Shown: positions 18,759-28,791 of the stretch, piece by piece
Position numbering within the stretch: the first letter of the stretch is position 1
Layout: every line of letters starts with the position of its first letter
DNA from: an uncultured Bdellovibrio sp.
GTDB lineage: Bacteria; Bdellovibrionota; Bdellovibrionia; Bdellovibrionales; Bdellovibrionaceae
Direction: 5' to 3'
Length of the DNA: 64,000 nucleotides
NCBI GenBank assembly: GCA_963932905.1
Contig: CAWVRN010000001.1
Span: 96,001 to 160,000 of the forward strand
The notes under the pieces: model-generated
Seen by the model: only the letters and a program-made list of their open reading frames with translations
Databases searched by the model: none
What the model was told of the DNA's origin: nothing
Program-made: the position numbers and the translations under genes

Positions 18759-19424
18759 ATGGAAAATTTAGCTTCATACATCGATCACACCCTTTTAAAA
18801 CCTGAAAGCCGTAAAGCTGACTTCGTTAAATTATGCGAAGAAGCTAAGACTCATCATTTCTTTTCTGTCTGTGTAAATTCACACTGGGTTCCGCCCTGCT
18901 CGCAGTGGTTGGCTGGATCTGGTGTAAAAGTATGCAGTGTCGTTGGTTTTCCTTTGGGCGCAAATCATTCTTCAACTAAAGCGTTTGAAGCGGACTGGGC
19001 CATTCAACATGGCGCGAGTGAAATCGACATGGTTATCAATATTGGCGCACTCAAAGATAAAGATTTTGCCTTGATTGAATTAGATATCAAAACCGTAGTT
19101 AAAGCCTGCCAAGGTAATACTTTGAAAGTGATCATCGAAACATGCTTGCTGACGGACGAAGAAAAAGTTTCAGCGTGCAAAATTATCGAATCAGCTGGCG
19201 CACAGTTTGTTAAAACATCAACGGGTTTTTCCACTGGCGGCGCACAATTAAGTGATATCGTTTTATTTAAGAACAACTTAGGCAAACACATGCAAATCAA
19301 AGCCAGCGGCGGAGTTAAAAACAAAGCGCAAGCTTTGGAATTTATCGCGGCGGGCGCTAATCGTTTAGGTACTTCATCAGGTGTTAGCCTTGTACAAGGC
19401 ATGGAATCAAAATCTAGCTACTAG
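18759..19424 (+). CDS. deoC: Deoxyribose-phosphate aldolase
   Basis: IDHTLLKP, VVGFPLG, KVIIET, FVKTSTGF, KASGGV, RLGTSSG. Confidence 0.96.
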   Translation: MENLASYIDHTLLKPESRKADFVKLCEEAKTHHFFSVCVNSHWVPPCSQWLAGSGVKVCSVVGFPLGANHSSTKAFEADWAIQHGASEIDMVINIGALKDKDFALIELDIKTVVKACQGNTLKVIIETCLLTDEEKVSACKIIESAGAQFVKTSTGFSTGGAQLSDIVLFKNNLGKHMQIKASGGVKNKAQALEFIAAGANRLGTSSGVSLVQGMESKSSY

Positions 19425-19430
19425 GAAATT

Positions 19431-20747
19431 ATGTTATTACAAACTGAGATTATAAAAAAGAAGCGCGACAAAAAAGAACTAGAGCTTGAGGAGATTGATT
19501 ATTTAATCCAAGCTTACACTCGTGGCGAAGTTCCTGATTATCAAATGTCCGCGTGGTTAATGGCCGTGTTCTTTAACGGAATGACAGAAAAAGAAACGTT
19601 CGGGTTAACTAAATCGATGATCAATTCTGGTATCACGGTTGATTTTTCTGAAATTAAAAAATTCAAAGTCGACAAGCATTCCACCGGCGGCGTTGGCGAT
19701 AAAACAAGTCTGATTTTGGGACCGATCGTGGCGGCTGCGGGAATCCCCGTTCCGATGATTTCAGGTCGTGGCCTTGGTCACACGGGTGGGACACTAGATA
19801 AATTAGAATCCATTCCGGGATTCAACACGCAATTAAACTTGGAACAGTTTATCGAGGCGATTAAGAAACACGAAATCGCGTTCATTGGACAAACCAAAGA
19901 AATCTGTCCTGCTGATAAAAAACTATACGCTCTTCGTGACGTTACGGCTACGGTGGATTGTATTCCCTTAATCTGCGCCAGCATCATGTCTAAAAAATTA
20001 GCGGAAGGCGTAGATGGATTAGTTCTAGATGTTAAGTTTGGCTCGGGCGCATTTATGAAAAAATCGAAAGACGCGGCTATTCTGGCTAAATACCTGATGA
20101 AAATTGCCAAACGTTACGGCAAAAAAATCTCGGCTTATTTAACGTCCATGAACCAACCACTAGGACGCTACGCTGGAAACTCTCTAGAGGTTTTTGAGTG
20201 TGTTGAAATTATGAAAAATAAAACTCATATCAATAAACACGGCTATGATTCCTACGCCGACACCCGTGAGTTGAGCCTAGTTTTAGCCAGTGAAATGATG
20301 TTCCTGACCGGCAAATACAAAAACCGCGATAAAAGCTATGCTCATGCTAAAGAGATCTTAGAATCCGGCAAAGCGTGGGAAAAGTTCAAAGAACTTTGTG
20401 TCCTTCACGCGGGGAATATTGAAAAACTGCCTCTGCCAAGCAGTTCACATGACGTGAAAGCGACAAAAAAAGGATTCATTCATTCTTTTGATGTCGAGAA
20501 AATAGGCTTAGCTGCAATCAAAATCAAAGCCGGCCGCAGAATCAAAGAAGATACTATTGAGGGTACCGCTGGTATTGAATTTCACTGCAAAATTGGCGAC
20601 GCTGTTAACAAAGGCGACGTAGTTTACACAATTCACGGCGATAATAAGGATTTATTCATGCACGCTGTGCCTGATCTTGAAGCGTCTTTTGTGATCAAAA
20701 GTAAGAAAATTAAGAAGGATAAGTTGATTCTAAATCACTTCACTTAA
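19431..20747 (+). CDS. pdp: Thymidine/pyrimidine-nucleoside phosphorylase
   Basis: DKHSTGGVGDK, SGRGLGHTGGTLDKLESIPG, YALRDVT, SIMSKK. Confidence 0.95.
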   Translation: MLLQTEIIKKKRDKKELELEEIDYLIQAYTRGEVPDYQMSAWLMAVFFNGMTEKETFGLTKSMINSGITVDFSEIKKFKVDKHSTGGVGDKTSLILGPIVAAAGIPVPMISGRGLGHTGGTLDKLESIPGFNTQLNLEQFIEAIKKHEIAFIGQTKEICPADKKLYALRDVTATVDCIPLICASIMSKKLAEGVDGLVLDVKFGSGAFMKKSKDAAILAKYLMKIAKRYGKKISAYLTSMNQPLGRYAGNSLEVFECVEIMKNKTHINKHGYDSYADTRELSLVLASEMMFLTGKYKNRDKSYAHAKEILESGKAWEKFKELCVLHAGNIEKLPLPSSSHDVKATKKGFIHSFDVEKIGLAAIKIKAGRRIKEDTIEGTAGIEFHCKIGDAVNKGDVVYTIHGDNKDLFMHAVPDLEASFVIKSKKIKKDKLILNHFT

Positions 20748-20861
20748 ATTGCGCGAATTATTTCTTTTTTATTATCCTATCTACAGGAGTTAAAAACTCT
20801 CTAGACTTATTATACTTTTTAGTGGTTAAATTACGGAAATCTCTAGGGATAAGGGGTAATT

Positions 20862-21686
20862 TTGAAAAATCAGGTGTTAGAAAATTTAACAGAAGCAGTT
20901 AAATACATTCGCAGCCAAACAGCGATGAAGCCACAGATCGGCATCATTTTAGGTTCTGGCTTGGGTGCTTTTGTGGATCAGGTACAAGTCACTTGCAAAA
21001 TTTCCTACAACGATATTCCTCATTTTATGTCCACAACAGTGGAAGGTCATAAAGGAAATCTTATTTTTGGAACTCTAGGAAATAAAAATGTAGTTATCCT
21101 TCAAGGTCGTAACCATTACTACGAAGGCCACAGCATGGAATCCGTAGTGTTTCCAACGCGTACATTAGCTCTTCTTGGAATCGAAACATTGATCCTGACA
21201 AACTCAGCGGGCGGATTTGGCGATACAATGCAAGCTGGTGATTTCATGATCATCGAAGATCATATTAACTTAATGGGTATTAATCCCCTAATGGGTCCGA
21301 ATATCAAAGAACTAGGTCCTCGTTTCCCTGATATGACGGAAGCATACGATCATTCTTTAATCGCTAAAATGGAAAAAATATTCCAGCAAATGTCGACTAA
21401 GTATCACAAAGGTATTTACTGCGGTGTTAGCGGTCCTACCTACGAAACGCCCGCAGAAGTGCGCTATTTAAAACTACTTGGCGGTAAGGCTGTTGGTATG
21501 TCGACAGTTCCGGAAGCCATCGCCGCAAACCATTTAGGCTTGCGCGTCGGCGCTTTAAGCTGCATCACGAATTTAGCGGCCGGAATTTCAAGACAAAAAC
21601 TATCTCACGAAGAAGTGACTGAAACCGCAAAAAAAGTGGAACAAAAGTTTTCAAATTTCATGCGGCAGTTAATTGAATCGCTTTAG
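20862..21686 (+). CDS. punA: Purine-nucleoside phosphorylase (trimeric PNP-I type)
   Basis: ILGSGLG, GRNHYYEG, DHINL, GPTYETPAE, VGMSTVPE, HEEV. Confidence 0.93.
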   Translation: MKNQVLENLTEAVKYIRSQTAMKPQIGIILGSGLGAFVDQVQVTCKISYNDIPHFMSTTVEGHKGNLIFGTLGNKNVVILQGRNHYYEGHSMESVVFPTRTLALLGIETLILTNSAGGFGDTMQAGDFMIIEDHINLMGINPLMGPNIKELGPRFPDMTEAYDHSLIAKMEKIFQQMSTKYHKGIYCGVSGPTYETPAEVRYLKLLGGKAVGMSTVPEAIAANHLGLRVGALSCITNLAAGISRQKLSHEEVTETAKKVEQKFSNFMRQLIESL

Positions 21687-22180
21687 TTTTCTTTCTCACA
21701 TGTCCAGCTTTTCACTGGGACGAAGCCGTCGACGTGTTTGAACAAAATCTGCGCGTCTTTATCTAAAAAATAAGTTACCTGATCTGTGGTTTCAGCCCAA
21801 GTTTGCACAACGACTTTAAATCCCAAAGTTTCGTGGGCCTTACCTTCAAATTTATAAGCAGAAACTTTGAGTGGACTTGATTCACCGTCTTTAATTAGAG
21901 ATGATTTGATTTCTTTTAAATATGCCGTCACTGCTTTTTGTTCAGCGGGACTTAATCTTAATACATTTTTATAGGTAATCTGAAACTTGTTTTTTAATGT
22001 AAATGGATAACCGGCGTTCATCGCACGCACATTTTCTTGGCACTGGATTAGTTCTTTACGAGCTAATTCCTCGGCACCCGCCGATGCGTGTCCTCTGGTT
22101 TCGAACGAAACAATATAAAACAACAGCGTGCCCGTTGTGAAGAAATAGAATATTTTTTTGATAAACAAAGTGCTCAACAT
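21683..22180 (-). CDS. Hypothetical exported protein
   Basis: 165-aa ORF with N-terminal hydrophobic segment and two Cys; GGGGA SD. Confidence 0.6.
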   Translation of the reverse strand: MLSTLFIKKIFYFFTTGTLLFYIVSFETRGHASAGAEELARKELIQCQENVRAMNAGYPFTLKNKFQITYKNVLRLSPAEQKAVTAYLKEIKSSLIKDGESSPLKVSAYKFEGKAHETLGFKVVVQTWAETTDQVTYFLDKDAQILFKHVDGFVPVKSWTCEKEN

Positions 22181-22307
22181 ATAATCCCCATAAAAACCCG
22201 AAAGTGTCTGTTTACGGCACGTTCATGTAAATCTTTCTTAGATTACAATTTTAAGTGCGGTAAAACGAACTCCCAAACTTGCTTACAAGGATTAGCAAGC
22301 ACTATGC

Positions 22308-24188
22308 CTAGTTTCCGATGTGCCTTTTAAGGAAAACTTCCATAGCCTCAAAAAATTCAATGCGATTTTCTTCGTTTCTAAAGCCATGACCTTCGTTTTC
22401 TTTAACAATATACTGCACCTTCACGCCACGTTTCTCTAACGCTTGAACCATTTGGTCTGATTCTGCTTTGTTCACGCGCGGATCTTTTGCACCTTGGACT
22501 ACGAGCAATGGAGCTTTGATTTTATCCGCGTTTAGTGCGGGCGATGTGGCTGTAAACTGAGCTTTATCCTTTTCGGGGTGGCCCACCATCTCGTAGAATT
22601 TTTCTAGTTCTGTTGTCCAATACGGGGGAATGGTATTCAAAAATGTGAACAAATTTGAAACGCCCACAAAATCAATTCCGCACGCGTATAGATTTGGATC
22701 TTTCACCAAACCCGACAATGTGGCATAGCCACCGTAAGATCCGCCATAGATGCAGATTTTACTCTCGTCTGCTATTCCTTCCTGAACAAGCCATTTAACA
22801 CCGTCCGTGATATCTTCTTGCATTTTTAAACCCCACTGTTTGTACGAGGCCTGTAAGAACGCTTTTCCATAACCAGTGGAACCACGGAAGTTCATTTGCA
22901 GAACACCATACCCGCGACTAGCTAAGAACTGAACCTGAGAATTGTACTGCCAGAAATCACGTGCCCATGGCCCGCCATGAGGATTAACGATGATTGGCAA
23001 GTTTTTAGCTTTTTTATTTTTTGGTAACGTTAAGTAGCCGTTGATGGTTAAACCATCGCGTGATTGGTAGCTGATCGGCTTCATAGGATTTAGTTTATCT
23101 TCTTCTAACCATGGCGCTACCTGAGCTAATAGTTTCAGTTCGTCGCGGTTTGAATCATACAGATAGAAAGCGCCCAACGAGCGGTCAGAAATTGATCGCA
23201 CGATAAATAAATCTTCGTTTTTAGTCGTCGACACAAAGCGAACTTCCTTGCCGACCAATTTCTCTGCGACCTTATTGTAAATTGCTTCCATTGTTGGGTC
23301 AAAAAACTGAGCCGTTGTTTTCCAGGTGATGAAACGTGCAGAAGTTAGCACCTTTCTTTTCTTAGAAAACGTTAAAACATTCACGTCTACATCGGGATGC
23401 TGATAGATAATTTTTGTTTCTTCTTTGCTTTTGATATCAAATTCTACAAGCGATTCCTTATCGCGATTTAAGTTGGAGGCAGCGTAGAGGTTTTTGTTAT
23501 CAAAAGTGAAAAATAAAGGCGTGAATGAATCTTTATACGGATAGGTCAAAACTTTAGAAAACTTCTGCCCCTCTGAATCCCGGTACAAAATGTTATAATT
23601 TGTGCCTTCTGATTCAACCGCTACCCTTAATTTTCCATTATGATCCGTTATCCAGCCTATGATCGATCCCGGATTCTGAGCCAGTGGCGCCAGTTTCCCT
23701 GTCTTAACATTTAATCTAAAAACATCGAAAACTTTCTTATCGCGCATGTTATGCGAAATTACGATTTCGTCATCCTTAACGTTTTCCATCGGATCAACAA
23801 TTTCAGCACGCGTATTTGGAAAATTCGTTACATCTTTTTCAGTTCTTGCCTGAATATCAACCGTGAACACATGAAAATTTTCATCACCGCCGAAATCGCG
23901 CATGTAGATTACATGACCATTTCCTTTCCAAAAATAATTTACGATATCGCGATCTGTACTGCTTGTTAAGCGCACTTCTTGACCGCCGTCTTTATTTTCC
24001 TTGATGTGTATGTTCATTCTACGCTCGTAGGGCTTTAGATAGGAAATCCACTTACCATCCGGTGAAATTTGGTAGTTAGTTGAATCTGGGTTTTTAAAAA
24101 AGTCCCGCAATGGAATTAAATTTTCGTCTTTTGAAAATGAAATCTGCGTGGCCATTAAAATAACGACTAAAACTTGAAACAGTGTCAT
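22308..24188 (-). CDS. Secreted S9 family peptidase (dipeptidyl aminopeptidase/acylaminoacyl peptidase)
   Basis: ISPDG propeller start, PHGGP, NFRGSTGYG, nucleophile GGSYGG, DPRV, EGHGF. Confidence 0.92.
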   Translation of the reverse strand: MTLFQVLVVILMATQISFSKDENLIPLRDFFKNPDSTNYQISPDGKWISYLKPYERRMNIHIKENKDGGQEVRLTSSTDRDIVNYFWKGNGHVIYMRDFGGDENFHVFTVDIQARTEKDVTNFPNTRAEIVDPMENVKDDEIVISHNMRDKKVFDVFRLNVKTGKLAPLAQNPGSIIGWITDHNGKLRVAVESEGTNYNILYRDSEGQKFSKVLTYPYKDSFTPLFFTFDNKNLYAASNLNRDKESLVEFDIKSKEETKIIYQHPDVDVNVLTFSKKRKVLTSARFITWKTTAQFFDPTMEAIYNKVAEKLVGKEVRFVSTTKNEDLFIVRSISDRSLGAFYLYDSNRDELKLLAQVAPWLEEDKLNPMKPISYQSRDGLTINGYLTLPKNKKAKNLPIIVNPHGGPWARDFWQYNSQVQFLASRGYGVLQMNFRGSTGYGKAFLQASYKQWGLKMQEDITDGVKWLVQEGIADESKICIYGGSYGGYATLSGLVKDPNLYACGIDFVGVSNLFTFLNTIPPYWTTELEKFYEMVGHPEKDKAQFTATSPALNADKIKAPLLVVQGAKDPRVNKAESDQMVQALEKRGVKVQYIVKENEGHGFRNEENRIEFFEAMEVFLKRHIGN

Positions 24189-24521
24189 GGTGGTGACTCC
24201 TAAAAACGAGTGGAATTTACATTCTACAGAGATCTGTTTTTACAATCTAGTTAGAAATGCACTCTACTAAATGCTAGGTCGACAATAGATCCTCGATGAA
24301 CTTTTTTTCCTAGTTCAAAATGATTTTAAAGTCGATTTTTCCTAACCGGTTAATAACCTGCTTCTTTTTTTTCACCCTATTTTTCCAATGAAACCCGCGA
24401 CTCGATTCAGGTCTAGTTTTGCAATCATAGACTCTCCCGCGGCGCTTTTTACGTCGATGAGTTCACCAGAACCGGCCCCTTGCGAGTCATCAATATAGGG
24501 ACCACCGCTACGGAGTTACAC

Positions 24522-25766
24522 ATGGATGTTGTAAGGATAGTATCATTAGTTGCGTCCGCTATTTTCTTAATTTCCTGCGCGCAGGAAAGTGGAAAAACAG
24601 CAGATAATGTCTTCGTCGAGAAGTCATCGAATCCATGCAATTCAAAAACAATTGAAAATCAGTACATAGTCAGCTGGGAAGACGGGACCTTCACTACCGA
24701 AAGCGGCTTATCAAAAGAAGACTTCAAAAAAGAATTTGTTGAAAAGAATTTGTCTCAAATTAAAAAAATTCACTACGATCAAAGAGTTCAATTTTATTCT
24801 TCGAATGATATCCACGGTATGACAGAGCCTTTGACTCCGAATAATACGACGACGGCAGATCAAACGTGGGGTCAAACAATGATCCAAGCGGATTCAGTTT
24901 GGAGCAAAAATGCGACCGGACAGAATGTGATCGTTGGTGTAGTAGATTCATACGTTGATGTGACTCACTCGCAGCTTAAAGATCAAATTTTAATTAACAC
25001 GAAAGAAATTCCCAACAACGGTAAAGACGACGATGGAAACGGCTACGTTGATGATTACTCGAGCATGAATTTTACAGGTGTGGCGAACTACACAATTCAA
25101 AATGAACACGGAACGCACGTGGCTGGGATCATTGCTTCTGATCACAGTGGTTTAATGAAAGGTGTTGCGCCGGATGCTAAAATCGTGGCAGCTCCGTTTA
25201 TCTCGAATGACGGCTCTGGATCTTTAAGTGACGCTATTAATGCTATGAATTACGTAGTTTCACGTGGTGCCAAAGTCATTAACGCCAGCTGGGGAGGCAG
25301 TGTGTGCGTGGCCACATTGAAGGACGCTTTTGACGAAATTTCGGCCAAAGGTGTTTTGATTGTCGTTGCGGCTGGAAACGAAAGTCGCGATTTAGATTAC
25401 AACCCTACTTATCCTGCAGCGTTTAATATTGCGGGACAAATCACTGTAGGCGCTTCAAATGCTAACGATTACATGACGTCGTTCTCTAACAGCAGCTTTA
25501 ACTTAGTGCACTTGGCGGCTCCGGGTGATTCCATCATGAGCACCGTACCAGGCGAAAAATACAACTACCTTAAGGGTACAAGTATGGCGGCGCCATTCGT
25601 AACAGGTGCGGCAGCTGTTTTAATGAGCGCTTTTCCAAAAGCCACCGCACCCCAGATCAAAGAGGCATTGATCAACTCGGTGGACATCACACCAAATCAC
25701 GAATTTCGCGTCGTCTCTCGTGGACGCCTAAATTTGCTAAAGGCTTACAATTACTTAAATCATTAA
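24522..25766 (+). CDS. Subtilisin-like S8 serine protease, lipoprotein
   Basis: Lipobox LISC; triad VVDS / HGTHVAG / GTSMAAP; GGAG SD before ATG 24522. Confidence 0.92.
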   Translation: MDVVRIVSLVASAIFLISCAQESGKTADNVFVEKSSNPCNSKTIENQYIVSWEDGTFTTESGLSKEDFKKEFVEKNLSQIKKIHYDQRVQFYSSNDIHGMTEPLTPNNTTTADQTWGQTMIQADSVWSKNATGQNVIVGVVDSYVDVTHSQLKDQILINTKEIPNNGKDDDGNGYVDDYSSMNFTGVANYTIQNEHGTHVAGIIASDHSGLMKGVAPDAKIVAAPFISNDGSGSLSDAINAMNYVVSRGAKVINASWGGSVCVATLKDAFDEISAKGVLIVVAAGNESRDLDYNPTYPAAFNIAGQITVGASNANDYMTSFSNSSFNLVHLAAPGDSIMSTVPGEKYNYLKGTSMAAPFVTGAAAVLMSAFPKATAPQIKEALINSVDITPNHEFRVVSRGRLNLLKAYNYLNH

Positions 25767-25776
25767 GCGCAGCGCC

Positions 25777-25802
25777 AAAACCCTCCTTGCGAGGGGTTTT
25801 TT
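25777..25802 (+). terminator. Rho-independent terminator
   Basis: AAAACCCTC-CTTGC-GAGGGGTTTTTT just after the S8 stop. Confidence 0.75.
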
Positions 25803-25862
25803 CTAAGGGATTTTGGTTGGATTAATTCCTTAAATCATATAAAAAATTGCAACGAGGTTTTT

Positions 25863-27152
25863 ATGCGATTTTTTATTAGTGATTTAAAGAATCATATTGG
25901 TGAGCAAGTAGAGTTAAAAGGCTGGGTTTATCAAGCCCGCTCTTCTGGAAAAGTTAAATTCTTAGAATTACGTGATGGAACTGGAATTGTTCCGTGCGTA
26001 TTTTTCAAAGGCGAAGCCGAAGACGCCGCGATGGAACTATTTGATAAAGCGACTCAAGAGAGTTCCGTCAAAATTACTGGAACTGTAAAAAAACATCCCA
26101 AACATGAAAATGTTTTTGAAATTGCAGCAAAAACATTAGAAATCATTGCCACTTCTGAAAATTATCCTATTTCCCCAAAAGATCATGGAACCGATTTCTT
26201 AATGGAAAATCGTCATTTGTGGCTGCGCTCAAAACGTCAACACGCTATCATGCGCATTCGTCATGAAATCATCTCAGCTATTCGTGATTTCTTTGATGGC
26301 CGTGGTTTCACGTTGACGGACGCTCCGATCTTTACACCCAGCGCGTGTGAAGGAACTTCAAATTTATTTGAAACTAAATATTTTGACGAAAAGATGTATT
26401 TATCACAATCCGGTCAACTTTATATGGAAGCAACCGCTGCGGCTTTGGGAAAAGTATACTGCTTCGGTCCTACATTCCGTGCTGAAAAATCTAAAACTCG
26501 TCGTCACTTGATCGAGTTCTGGATGGTTGAGCCTGAAGTTGCGTTCAACGATATGTACGACAACATGGAATTGGCTGAGCAATTTGTTGAATACATCGTA
26601 CAACGCACAATCAAAAATCGCGCAGAAGAATTCCGTGTGATCGAACGTGACATGAGCAAGCTTGAAGTGATCAAGGGACCATTCCCACGCTTGCACTACA
26701 AAGAAGCGGCAGAAATTATCAAAAAAGAAAATCCAGAATTCATCATCGGTGATGACTTCGGTGCGCCTGATGAAACCATCGTTTCTTCTAAATTTGATAA
26801 ACCTGTATTCGTACATCACTACCCACAAGCAATTAAGGCCTTCTACATGAAGGAAGATCCAAAAGAACCAGGGTATGCAATGGGTTGCGACTTGCTAGCC
26901 ACAGAAGGCTACGGCGAAATTATCGGTGGTGGTCAGCGCGAAGAAAGCATCCAAAAATTATTAGCCAAAATCGCAGAACACAAATTAGATGAAAAAGATT
27001 TCCAATGGTATTTGGATCTTCGTCGTTTTGGTTCATTCCCGCACAGCGGATTCGGTTTAGGTATCGAGCGTACAGTGACTTGGATTTGCGGATTGCCTCA
27101 CGTACGTGAAACTATTCCGTTCCCTCGTTTGTATGGTCGCAGCTATCCATAA
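25863..27152 (+). CDS. asnS: Asparagine--tRNA ligase
   Basis: OB-fold N-terminus, [48 protein letters not shown]. Confidence 0.95.
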   Translation: MRFFISDLKNHIGEQVELKGWVYQARSSGKVKFLELRDGTGIVPCVFFKGEAEDAAMELFDKATQESSVKITGTVKKHPKHENVFEIAAKTLEIIATSENYPISPKDHGTDFLMENRHLWLRSKRQHAIMRIRHEIISAIRDFFDGRGFTLTDAPIFTPSACEGTSNLFETKYFDEKMYLSQSGQLYMEATAAALGKVYCFGPTFRAEKSKTRRHLIEFWMVEPEVAFNDMYDNMELAEQFVEYIVQRTIKNRAEEFRVIERDMSKLEVIKGPFPRLHYKEAAEIIKKENPEFIIGDDFGAPDETIVSSKFDKPVFVHHYPQAIKAFYMKEDPKEPGYAMGCDLLATEGYGEIIGGGQREESIQKLLAKIAEHKLDEKDFQWYLDLRRFGSFPHSGFGLGIERTVTWICGLPHVRETIPFPRLYGRSYP

Positions 27153-27207
27153 AATTTTAATTTTAATTTTAACATTCTGATTTTTAAACTTTGTTCCAGG
27201 AGTATCG

Positions 27208-28767
27208 ATGGAAACCAATTTGAACCTCTTGAAAATTCAAGAGCTAGAAAGAAAAAATGAAGACGCCATGAAAGGCGGCGGTGAAGACCGCGTTGCTAAA
27301 CACAAAAAAGGCGGCCGCTTAACAGCGCGCGAACGTTTAGACGTATTGCTTGACCCAGGCAGTTTCGTAGAAACAGATCGTTTAATGACTCACAGATGCA
27401 CTAATTTCGGCATGGAGAAAACACTAACTCCTGGTGACGGTGTTATCACGGGCTACGGTCGCGTGAATGGAAAATTAGTTTACGTTTCCAGCCAAGACTT
27501 TACCGTGTTCGGCGGATCGATGTCTCGCACGCAAGCAAACAAGATTTGCAAGGTGATGGATCTTGCGGGAAAAAACGGTGCCCCATTTATTTCTATCAAT
27601 GATTCAGGTGGTGCCCGTATTCAAGAAGGTATCGAATCTTTGGGTGGTTACGCTGATATTTTCACTCGCAACGTTACAAGCAGTGGCGTGATCCCACAGA
27701 TCACGGCGATCATGGGCCCGTGCGCTGGCGGTGCCGTGTATTCACCAAGTATCACTGACTTCGTATTCATGGTTAACAAATCTAGTTACATGTTCGTAAC
27801 TGGTCCTGACGTTATCAAAACAGTCACTCACGAAGATGTAACTAAAGAAGATTTGGGCGGCGCTAGCATGCATTCGCAAAAATCAGGTGTAGCGCATTTT
27901 GCAGTGGATGATGATAAAACATGTCTATTGATGATTCGCGAATTGTTGAACTTCTTGCCTGCGAATAATCTGGATGATGCTCCAATTTTGCCAACGAACG
28001 ATCGCCCAGATCGCATCGTTGAAGCATTAAACACTTTAATTCCCGACAATCCAAAGAAACCATACGACATCGTACAAGTCGTTACTGAGTGCGTGGATGA
28101 AGGCTACTTCTTAGAAGTTCATAAAGACTACGCTATGAATATCGTTGTTGGTTTTGCGCGTTTCAACGGGCGCCCAGTGGGTATCGTTGGTAATCAGCCG
28201 CAAGTTCTGGCGGGTTGTTTAAACATCGAAGCATCCAGAAAAGCAGCTCGTTTCATTCGCTTTTGTGATGCTTTCAACATTCCTATCGTCAGCTTCGTAG
28301 ACGTTCCTGGCTTCTTGCCCGGCAAAGATCAGGAGTGGAACGGAATCATCACTCACGGTGCTAAATTACTTTACGCCTACGCCGAAGCAACGGTTCCTAA
28401 AGTGACTGTGGTAACTCGTAAAGCCTACGGTGGGGCTTACATCGTTATGGGTTCAAAATTATTACGTGCCGATGTGAACCTAGCCTACCCATCTGCAGAA
28501 ATTGCGGTGATGGGTGCGGAGGGTGCGGTTAGTATTATTTCACGCGCGGAAATCGAAAAAGCAAAAGATCCAGCGGCAGAGCGTGCGCGCTTGATTGCTG
28601 AGTACGAAAAGAAATTCAACAACCCATACGTCAGCGCAGAACTTGGCTACACGGATGAAGTTATTGAACCAGCATTGACTCGTAAACGTATCATTGATGC
28701 GCTAGAAATGCTGAAAAATAAAAAAGATGTAAATCCAGCTAAGAAACACGGGAACATTCCCCTTTAA
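27208..28767 (+). CDS. pccB: Acyl-CoA (propionyl-CoA-type) carboxylase carboxyltransferase subunit
   Basis: [45 protein letters not shown]. Confidence 0.92.
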   Translation: METNLNLLKIQELERKNEDAMKGGGEDRVAKHKKGGRLTARERLDVLLDPGSFVETDRLMTHRCTNFGMEKTLTPGDGVITGYGRVNGKLVYVSSQDFTVFGGSMSRTQANKICKVMDLAGKNGAPFISINDSGGARIQEGIESLGGYADIFTRNVTSSGVIPQITAIMGPCAGGAVYSPSITDFVFMVNKSSYMFVTGPDVIKTVTHEDVTKEDLGGASMHSQKSGVAHFAVDDDKTCLLMIRELLNFLPANNLDDAPILPTNDRPDRIVEALNTLIPDNPKKPYDIVQVVTECVDEGYFLEVHKDYAMNIVVGFARFNGRPVGIVGNQPQVLAGCLNIEASRKAARFIRFCDAFNIPIVSFVDVPGFLPGKDQEWNGIITHGAKLLYAYAEATVPKVTVVTRKAYGGAYIVMGSKLLRADVNLAYPSAEIAVMGAEGAVSIISRAEIEKAKDPAAERARLIAEYEKKFNNPYVSAELGYTDEVIEPALTRKRIIDALEMLKNKKDVNPAKKHGNIPL

Positions 28768-28791
28768 TAAACATTTAGGGGAGGAGACATT

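Noticed and set aside
24409..24423. AGGTCTAGTTTTGCA as a sigma54 promoter for the S8 protease
   Set aside because: GG-to-GC spacing is 9 nt rather than the required 10.
24453..24495. GTCGATGAGTTCACCAGAACC upstream of the S8 protease as a fluoride riboswitch
   Set aside because: The 3' GATGAC pseudoknot strand is absent in sense orientation (only its complement occurs), and a subtilase is not a fluoride-related gene.
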